From: a virus
IMG/VR virus record: IMGVR_UViG_3300028146_000008
Coordinates: 1 to 64,000 of that record
Strand: one strand, 5' to 3'
DNA length: 64,000 bases
A program made the translations under genes and the position numbers. Shown here in pieces: positions 56,806 to 64,000 of the stretch. How positions within the stretch are numbered: the stretch's first letter is position 1; the number at the start of each line of letters is the position of its first letter. Below the pieces are notes generated by a model. It had not been told where the DNA came from. It did not search any database and saw nothing but the letters and a program-made list of their open reading frames with translations.

Positions 56806-57672
56806 TTAAGCTTTCAGTTTCTGGTCTTCGATCTCCTGCCATTCCATAGTCAAACGCCGCATTCTTTTACGGTTTCCGTTTGCGCGGGAGTACCGTGTTG
56901 CTAGGCGGTTGTTGTCACCTGGATTGGTTTGGTTATCCCAGAGTCGTTTGTTCCAGGTCACCCATGATTTCATTCCGGTTTTATGCCCCTCTTTACCCAT
57001 CATTGGGTGCCAAAGATGGAGGATCTGACCGGGCAAGGTTTTATGCGGAGCGTACAAAGTATCCATTGCACGCATCGCTGAGTGGTCTTCGCCACCCCAA
57101 CCCCGGAATCTTGTGTCCCAGCCGCCGACAATATCAAATGCTACGCGCGGGAAGATTTGCATCATCGCGCCGTACCAGTGTCCGCGTCCGGATCCTAGAC
57201 GATTTTGAATATCGCAAGGATTAGGCGGCTCGGGAAAAACGTATGGGTCGCACGGTTTGGAATCTAGTACGCGCTGCGAGGCTTCGTCTGTTAGCCGGTA
57301 GAATTGGCGATACGGAACGAACCACAGTTTGTGGCCACGTCTGATAGCTTTGCGGATTCGCTTCGCACACAGGAGTACTGCTTCTATTTCGATGTATCCG
57401 TCCGCGTCGGCCACTACGATAATATCGCCGTGGGATTTCTTCACGCCTGCATTCACCGCAGCGGACTTGGAGAATGGCAGCTTCTTATCCGGATCGGTGC
57501 CTACGATTATTTCCGCGCCCGGTAGCTGGCACTCCCAGTATTTCTGAACCCACTTGAAATTCTTAGCTTGCCGTTTGTAGTGCTTGGACGGCTTGAACGG
57601 AATTACGATGCTGATTCCTTCGCCCTTTTTGTGCTTCTTTCTCAGCTTCTTCAGAAGTTTGAGTGATTTCAT
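56806..57672 (-). CDS. GT2/GT7-like glycosyltransferase
   Basis: ISIVIP, FSKSAAVNAG, VADAD, VGGWDTRFRGWGGED, HLWH. Confidence 0.85.
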   Translation of the reverse strand: MKSLKLLKKLRKKHKKGEGISIVIPFKPSKHYKRQAKNFKWVQKYWECQLPGAEIIVGTDPDKKLPFSKSAAVNAGVKKSHGDIIVVADADGYIEIEAVLLCAKRIRKAIRRGHKLWFVPYRQFYRLTDEASQRVLDSKPCDPYVFPEPPNPCDIQNRLGSGRGHWYGAMMQIFPRVAFDIVGGWDTRFRGWGGEDHSAMRAMDTLYAPHKTLPGQILHLWHPMMGKEGHKTGMKSWVTWNKRLWDNQTNPGDNNRLATRYSRANGNRKRMRRLTMEWQEIEDQKLKA

Positions 57673-58427
57673 CGGGCAGGCTCCAGAATGATATTTTCAA
57701 GAGCCTGATACGCATCGTAGATTTCAAACTTAGCGTCTTCGACATGGCCGCGAACTGGGTGAACCATTATTCCTGGTTCAAATGGTGTGTGGATCGACGC
57801 GCTGTAATCGCGAAACTTGAAATCGCCGCCTTCAGTGCGGTTATCCAACGCTTTTGCTAGTTCCACGCGGCGTGGCAGTCCGAATGCGTCGGCCACGATC
57901 ATGCCATGCAGCGATGATGTAACAATCCTCTCGCACGCGCCGATTTGCCGGATTACGGTGATCGGATCTTCTTGCGGGTCGATAACCCGTAGCTTTGCTT
58001 TACTCTTTTTGAACAGTTCTAAAAATCTAGGCGCGAGTTCTTTGTCTTTCCAGTGCGGAACGATGCCGAGGTCCCACTGTTTATCTTGTGGACCAACCAG
58101 CTCGTCGGCCAATAGTCCGGGATCGCCGAGTGCGTAATCTCCCTTGATTCCCTTTGCGGAGAGTGGGCCGCGTAATGCTAAAATTGTTGCGTCGGGCAAA
58201 TTGATTGTGCTCGACTCGCGGATTTTCCCGGAACCGAGTATGTAGCCACTGTAATCGGACGGGATGTGTTCAAGAACTGAACCGACCGAAACTACTTCGG
58301 CTTCTGCAGCGGGTGTCCATTCAACTTTGGCATTCGCAAATCTTTCCAGCAGAAACGGGGCAAGGGCATCGCCAAAATTAGAAACTCCCCGCCACCAGTA
58401 GCCCTTTACTTCGCCCATTTCTTCCAT
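57669..58427 (-). CDS. Polysaccharide pyruvyl transferase family protein
   Basis: NFGDAL, VGSVL, ALRGPLS, GDPGLL, GIVPH, TSSLHGMIVADAFGLP, FKFRDY. Confidence 0.9.
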   Translation of the reverse strand: MEEMGEVKGYWWRGVSNFGDALAPFLLERFANAKVEWTPAAEAEVVSVGSVLEHIPSDYSGYILGSGKIRESSTINLPDATILALRGPLSAKGIKGDYALGDPGLLADELVGPQDKQWDLGIVPHWKDKELAPRFLELFKKSKAKLRVIDPQEDPITVIRQIGACERIVTSSLHGMIVADAFGLPRRVELAKALDNRTEGGDFKFRDYSASIHTPFEPGIMVHPVRGHVEDAKFEIYDAYQALENIILEPAR

Positions 58428-58450
58428 TGGCCCGGATCCTCAGTTAGTCT

Positions 58451-58747
58451 TTACTGTCCTCCAGAATGCGAATCGTCGCTCTGGTTGTTTCTCTCGTGGT
58501 AGTCCTGCCCGAGCGAGTGCGCTAAAATTATGGCTTGGAGCGCGGTGATTACTTCTGCGTATGCGCTTGTCAATTTTCCGAACCACGCTAAAATGGTCGC
58601 GGACAAACTAAAGAACACGGCGAACGCTACGGTGCGCCCGCTTAATTCATCGGTGAGTAGAGTTAGTAGCGGTTTTTCTGGAAACTTTTTTCTTAGTTTT
58701 TTTAGGAGTCGAAACATCGCGGGGTCCGAACGCGCGATCCCAAACAT
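58451..58747 (-). CDS. Small membrane protein (holin-like)
   Basis: Two hydrophobic segments and a charged C-terminus. Confidence 0.45.
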   Translation of the reverse strand: MFGIARSDPAMFRLLKKLRKKFPEKPLLTLLTDELSGRTVAFAVFFSLSATILAWFGKLTSAYAEVITALQAIILAHSLGQDYHERNNQSDDSHSGGQ

Positions 58748-59156
58748 CCTGCGCGATATGACTGTTTGATGGAAATGTTACCGAGCGGGCTCCTCTTGCG
58801 AGCGCGTCATTGGCTGCCATATCTATACCTTCCAGTATTTCTTTGCTTCTTCTGTTGCGGGAACACTTGGGTCTTGAATGTAGCTTTTACCGTCGATATT
58901 GTAGATATCTGTAGAGGCGGCCCTGTCAACCAGGTTCTCGCTAAATACTTTTTCTAGAGGCATCCTGGTAAGCAGCATCCCGAAGTCGTATGGGTGAATT
59001 TTAATTGGATCGGTCATGCGATCTTCCTAATTACTTTAGTTGGTCCACACTTCTGGCACCGCCAGCCGTGGAGACCAGCTTTAACTTTTCCTTCGGTGGA
59101 TCCTGTGGGTGGTTTACGAACGCCTTGTCCGCATGTGGCGCACTGGTAGGAATAGT

Positions 59157-59402
59157 TCACTTCTGGTTCTCCGGCAAAATAGCCATTGCTTTTTTGGAGA
59201 AGAACGAGGCAATTTCTAAATGCGTGCGGACAATGGCTAGTTCCCGGCCATTGGTCCCGCCAGGGAGCAGAATGTCCCCTCTTGGCCGCGCGGTTAGTGT
59301 TTCGATCTCAGTCAAAGCGCGGTCGAAAACTTCGGCCAGCTTCTTAGCCTTCTCGATGCCGCCTTCGTTCAATATATGAACTGCAAACTCTTTGTGGCTC
59401 AT
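59157..59402 (-). CDS. Acb2/Tad1-like helical hairpin protein (possible nucleotide-signal sponge)
   Basis: GRELAIVRTHLEIASFFSKKAMA pattern. Confidence 0.4.
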   Translation of the reverse strand: MSHKEFAVHILNEGGIEKAKKLAEVFDRALTEIETLTARPRGDILLPGGTNGRELAIVRTHLEIASFFSKKAMAILPENQK

Positions 59403-59598
59403 ACCGCGTGCTTACTCTGAAACACGATTGCCTTGGCCGGATCCGAATCTTGCACTCGGATAGTGGCTTGGATATTCAGGTTTACGAACCCCCGAATCTT
59501 ACGGAGATTAGCCACTTGTGTTTGGAACGCTTTTTCTACTTGTTCGCGGGTGAGCAATTTCTCAGTCGCTTTCTTCATTTTCCACCTTAAAATTTCTA

Positions 59599-59850
59599 GA
59601 TAGGGACGGGGTTTTCGAGGCCCCGTCCAGTCATATCAATTCGCTTCGGACTTAGCACGTCGCCCGATCCCGTCATAAAAGCACTTTTTCAAATGCGCTT
59701 ATGACCGTGATCGGGAGATATGAAAGACCCCATCTAGCCTATAGGACTTCGTTTGTTCACTAAGTGAACGGAATATTTGCCGGATCTCTCTCACGAGCCC
59801 ACCGGCTGGGGTCCATTGGCATCGCTGTAGCTACGAGCGATACCCCTATC
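59599..59850. ncRNA. Candidate structured ncRNA
   Basis: Intergenic, with multiple nested inverted repeats (see findings). Confidence 0.45.
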
Positions 59851-60298
59851 ACGGACAAGTGAACTTTCTAAAATTTGGGGTTACTTATTTGCTGCGGCTA
59901 TCATTGACCGTTGCGCGAACCCCGCGCCCAAGACTCTCTAAACTTTAATCATCCGGCCCAGCGCCATTTGGCTGAACCTTGCCCGTTTCTCGGGTGTACT
60001 CTAATTCTTCGATAATTACTAACTCTTTGACTCCACCGCGTAAACTTGCCTTAGTGGACTCCCCTTTTCGCATTCCAAGTCCATGACTTAAAAGGACTTT
60101 TTCCCAATACTCAGCAGACTCATTTTGTACATCCGGATCGGTAATAGGCTTCACTCTATTTCTTAGCCCGAAATGGGTATCCCCTGAGACGCGCCAAAAT
60201 GTTACATCGGTACTAGTATTTTCTTCCAACTGCTTGAAAACACACCTACTTACTCCGAGAAAAGGTAACTATAACAAAATAAAGCACTTAGAAAAACC

Positions 60299-60763
60299 CT
60301 AATTGTTATTCCCAAAATACTGATTGTGTATACTTAAAACTTTCTCCGCTCGGGTCGGATCAGTGGACCATGTGGCACTCACTTCTGTCACGTAAATACT
60401 TCCATTTAAAGCGTTTAGAGCTAATCCATAATGCGGGTAGGCGTGCTGTAGCCGTTGGAGTGTAGCCATCCGGTCCTTGAAGCAGGTAGCCACATCCGGA
60501 TATGCGATCCAGTGCGCTGTGATTGTTACCCACTGGCCGTTCAAGAACTCTTGTGTGGGTAGGTCTAGTTCACCATACGGGCACCCCTGGCGATACTTCT
60601 GGCCGAATAGGTTGTTTGCCTCACGCGCGAGCTTGGACTGGCCCCAATTGCTCTCTAATGCGGCTTCGCTGGCCGCGTATTCTGGGAAGATGTGGCCCCC
60701 CGCTCGGGCTTGGTTTGCTATATCCTGGATCCAACTTTGCCGTTCACTTTGTGAAGTACTCAT
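60299..60763 (-). CDS. Endolysin, GH73 glucosaminidase family
   Basis: AALESNWGQS, ANNLFGQK, TQE, WSTDP. Confidence 0.85.
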   Translation of the reverse strand: MSTSQSERQSWIQDIANQARAGGHIFPEYAASEAALESNWGQSKLAREANNLFGQKYRQGCPYGELDLPTQEFLNGQWVTITAHWIAYPDVATCFKDRMATLQRLQHAYPHYGLALNALNGSIYVTEVSATWSTDPTRAEKVLSIHNQYFGNNN

Positions 60764-60930
60764 GCTTCTTTACTGGTCCCCTTTTCCGGTTCAACCCAAC
60801 TGCGGGGGATCAAAAACGGGGAGATCAAAACCACCCCCAGGGTTAAATAATTAACCCCAAACCCCGAAACTAAGACAATCAACAAACAAAAAGCAGCAAA
60901 CGCTAGTCTAACGATCCATAAACGATTCAT
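60760..60930 (-). CDS. Two-TM small protein, holin candidate
   Basis: MNRLWIVRLAFAAFCLLIVLV...; ATGA-coupled to the endolysin. Confidence 0.45.
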   Translation of the reverse strand: MNRLWIVRLAFAAFCLLIVLVSGFGVNYLTLGVVLISPFLIPRSWVEPEKGTSKEA

Positions 60931-60992
60931 CGTCAGTCCTTTCCAGGTAAAGTGGAAATTTAAGGGGGTGCTTTCACACCCCCTGGTTGGTG

Positions 60993-61688
60993 TTACTGGA
61001 CGGGTGGAGTTTTCGTACACGCGAATCGAGTGTTATCAGTTACGACGACTGCCGGTCCTGGGGAACAATGCCATCCGTAAGGCAAGAAATTTGCGCTAAC
61101 ACAGATCGCATCACCCAGAGTGTAGGACGGAGACGGTTCGCGGCCAAAGTAGACGACCGGTTGGAAGTTTGGCGGCGTCGTTGTGGGAGTACAAAACGGC
61201 GTAAGTACCCACGATCCGACGCTACCACCCACAACTTGGCTTTTAGTGACGGACAAACTTATGTCAATTTCCGCGTTTGGCCAGCTAAAGAACAGACCGG
61301 CCACGCTGCACGAAACCTGTGAACCAACCGTCGCTTCGATTGCCGTAGAGACGAAAGGTTGCACGGGCAGGGACAGGGTGTTCGTCACGGAGATATTGCA
61401 ACTAGGGCAACCCGGCGTGCCGCTGTAGTACTGCCCACCGACCGCCGCGCCGGTTCCCATGTTCTTCATGTAGTTATACGCTTTTGGCGTGTGCGTAACG
61501 TTTGGTGGGCAACTCCCCATCATGGTTGCATAGCCGGAAGTCTGCACGGTGCTGTAAACGGTCGTTCCGTCTATGCTTAGGGTTTGCGAGTTGTAATTTG
61601 CGTAGTGCAGACCTGTCGGAACGCACTGCGCCCACGCTCCTCCTGCGAATAGCGCCAGGACTGCGAGAATTAAGAGTGCTCTTTTCAC
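60993..61688 (-). CDS. Secreted Cys-rich hypothetical protein
   Basis: Sec signal peptide MKRALLILAVLALFAGGAWA. Confidence 0.6.
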   Translation of the reverse strand: MKRALLILAVLALFAGGAWAQCVPTGLHYANYNSQTLSIDGTTVYSTVQTSGYATMMGSCPPNVTHTPKAYNYMKNMGTGAAVGGQYYSGTPGCPSCNISVTNTLSLPVQPFVSTAIEATVGSQVSCSVAGLFFSWPNAEIDISLSVTKSQVVGGSVGSWVLTPFCTPTTTPPNFQPVVYFGREPSPSYTLGDAICVSANFLPYGWHCSPGPAVVVTDNTRFACTKTPPVQ

Positions 61689-62218
61689 AGATCACCCCCG
61701 ATTTCAAGAGTCATGCCTTTCTTCTCGCTCTTGACGTATGCAGCGAGGAGACTAGCACCGTCCTCGGAAACACTCGCTTCAATCGCGCTCCACGCCGTTT
61801 CCACTAGTTTGTTAAGCCGCTTTTCAAACGCGTTCCGGTCGTAATACGCGCCTTCAAAGTCATGCTTTGCGGCAGCCTCGTGTTGGTCGCGATTGTACGC
61901 AGCATAACCGGCCCCGAAGTAATCCACGCCATTCAGAAAAATGCGCGAATCTTGTTCATTGAGACCGATCTTGTGTAAAAATGCAGCACGGCGATCTGAA
62001 TCAGCTACGTCCTTTGGGTTGCGCTGAAACTGCTCAAGGATTAGCTGCTTCGCCAAAACATCGGGGATGTTGTCGGGGTTATTGGACCCCTTCAACTCCC
62101 TGGTGTTGTTTAGCTGGTGTTGATGACCCTGTGGCCCCTGTTGCGCCATACACGGCGTGATGCACGCCAGCATGAGCAACAGTTGTAACATTAGTGTTGC
62201 TTTTATTACTTTCCTCAT
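61685..62218 (-). CDS. Secreted hypothetical protein
   Basis: Signal peptide-like N-terminus, AAGGA SD. Confidence 0.55.
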   Translation of the reverse strand: MRKVIKATLMLQLLLMLACITPCMAQQGPQGHQHQLNNTRELKGSNNPDNIPDVLAKQLILEQFQRNPKDVADSDRRAAFLHKIGLNEQDSRIFLNGVDYFGAGYAAYNRDQHEAAAKHDFEGAYYDRNAFEKRLNKLVETAWSAIEASVSEDGASLLAAYVKSEKKGMTLEIGGDL

Positions 62219-63486
62219 TGTTGCTTTCCTTTCGTTGTTAGACTTTGGCCTAAAAACCTAAAACTCGTTGCTTTTGCCCGGTTCGAGTGGTACGTTAGAT
62301 ACGGGGTGACTTATGGACGAAGCGGAAAATTCCGACCGGGCTGTAGCCGCGAAACTGCGTGCGAGCTGGACGCCTGAAATGTTCGACAATTTCGAGGCGG
62401 ATGTGCGATGGCTGTTAGAGAATAGCTCTGACTTCCGCGATCTACCGGAAGCGCGTGAAGAGATAGTCAACGCACTCAAAGCGAAGGCGATTCTTGCCAT
62501 GAACGCAGGCAGCGTTCTGTAATAACATTTCCCGCTCATGTCCCTTCCTTCCTCTCTTGGCTGGCCAGCCCGCGCAAGTCCCCACACGGCGCATACACAT
62601 TCTCTAGGCTCGGCTGAACCCTATGCTTCGTTCCATCTACTCCTGTTACTTCTAGTTCAAACGGCTGACCTTCTTGCTCGACCATTACTTTGGCTTTCAG
62701 CAGAACATATTTGCTCGTGTCACTCACTTGCCTCCACCTCCAGCTTCGCGCTGCTCCATGCGCTCAAGCAAACGACTCATCCAACCTGCAATGACATGTG
62801 CTGCGATACCAAGCAGCGACACCGCAATAACTAGAATCCAAAGTTGTCTCACGTCCGCTCCTTTTCTGCTGGTGGCTGGGAGGGGCGCAGGAAATTGATG
62901 GACAGCTCTACCACGCACAACGCTCCGAATGCGTTGGCCAAGCAGCGCATTTTGTTGCTTCCTTCGACAGGAGAAGGCTCTCCGATTAGCACCACACCAG
63001 GCTTAATCTCGCGCCCGTCCATCTTCGGCATGTTGACGATTCCTTCGATCATTGCGTCTCCTCCCTCCCCGGCTGCACGCGCACGGGCTGTTCGACTGAA
63101 AGCACTAAGTGATAATTTACGCTCTCGTTTTCTGCTACTTTGCAGCACTCCAAATACTCAGTGCGAAGCCGCTCGATTGCTTCAAAGAACGCGCCATAGT
63201 CCGTACGGTTCTTTCGGCAGACTGGCGTGATAATCGCGTGCTTTGCGGTAATTCCAGGTATTTGGCTCATCGCGGTTCCTCCACCATGTACCCGCCGCAA
63301 TCCGGCTCAGGACAGCCGAAGCCAGTTCCTTCGCTGCCATCAGGCGCAATGCACGGTTCGCAATCGCCTAAGCGGTTCACTTTTCCGCAGCGCAGGCAGA
63401 GCATCAACGCATCAAAAATACTTTGCTTCATGCGACTTCACAAGAAGTATTTGACATAAACAGCACCATTGGTGTATAAAGCCTGT

Positions 63487-63627
63487 ATGCCTACCAAAAA
63501 GCGCCTCGTCTGTGTCTGCTCCCGTTGCGGCCATGAATGGCTCCCTGAATCCCCCAAAGTACTGCCTAAGCGGTGCGGCAGGTGCAAAAGCCCTTACTGG
63601 AACACTCCAAGGCGCAAAAAGAGTTAA
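63487..63627 (+). CDS. 46-aa zinc-ribbon protein (below the ORF-track cutoff)
   Basis: MPTKKRLVCVCSRCGHEWLPESPKVLPKRCGRCKSPYWNTPRRKKS; TTGACA (63451) and TATAAA (63475) directly upstream. Confidence 0.65.
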   Translation: MPTKKRLVCVCSRCGHEWLPESPKVLPKRCGRCKSPYWNTPRRKKS

Positions 63628-64000
63628 ACCGCGCTCCTTTTTGCCCCACAAAGCCGAGAATCAGCCACTTCACTTGTGAAGTAGTTTATCTCAGCTTCCT
63701 TTTCTCTTCGGCCAGTTGTTCGACCAGTTGTCCGTGTAGTCTTATTAGCTGGCCTATATTACCTATCAGGTTGTTTCGATCATCACCATAGTATTCTTGT
63801 ATGATTTTGTCAAGCTCTAAATCTATGGCTTCGAGTTGATTTTCTAACTGGAGGATTCTTTTTAAAGTGAGCGCCATTTAGTTCTCTTGTTCACCATGTC
63901 GGATTCGGATCGGTCGGGTTGTGCAGGTTGTTCACTGAGTGAAGTACTGTGGGGTCGTGTTCTGGGATCATGTCCAAGTTTAAGGCTACCCTGTTTATGG

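Larger units (their letters stand above)
1005..63943. repeat. Dispersed palindrome TTCAC-N2/3-GTGAA (at least 16 perfect copies)
   Basis: Copies start at 1005, 3342, 9686, 27733, 33431, 41722, 44399, 47884, 50394, 52322, 53968, 56262, 59756, 60743, 63669, 63931. Confidence 0.85.

Noticed and set aside
59599-59850. tmRNA, RNase P RNA or a free group I core
   Set aside because: No alanine acceptor stem with CCA, no GAGGAAAGUCC-type RNase P motif, and no correctly ordered GAGACU/AGUCC P7 pair were found.
1005-63943. CRISPR array, or recombinase sites, as the explanation of the TTCAC…GTGAA repeats
   Set aside because: Copies are kilobases apart with no regular spacers and no cas genes. The 2-3 bp spacer is shorter than the 6-8 bp typical of tyrosine recombinase sites.

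Overview
The window is part of a tailed dsDNA bacteriophage genome with a podovirus-like layout; the host is not determinable from the sequence. Most genes are on the minus strand and, in transcription order, encode accessory and glycosylation enzymes, terminase large subunit, portal, scaffold, major capsid protein (MCP), two adaptor paralogues, a very large tail-nozzle-like protein, tail fibres/spikes and ejection-like proteins. The window also holds four tRNA genes, a short tyrosine recombinase, a GH73 endolysin and a plus-strand island of small genes. No DNA polymerase, helicase or primase was recognised. The main result is that the MCP gene (31988->30111, 340 aa once spliced) is split into four exons by three insertions. 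Two are group I introns: a 205-nt ORF-less one and a 611-nt LAGLIDADG-encoding one that appears to end in A rather than G. The third is a 39-nt mini-intron that keeps the P1/P10 guide pairing, the U.G splice pair and a terminal G but has no catalytic core. It is a candidate non-autonomous intron spliced by a neighbouring ribozyme. Other notable signals are at least 16 dispersed copies of the palindrome TTCAC-N2/3-GTGAA, five small proteins ending in NP[A/S] (one with an N-terminus resembling that of the MCP), a tRNA-Asn(GTT) with a long variable arm, an unassigned ~250-nt structured RNA candidate, and a multi-enzyme glycosylation set. All calls were made by eye, without database searches.
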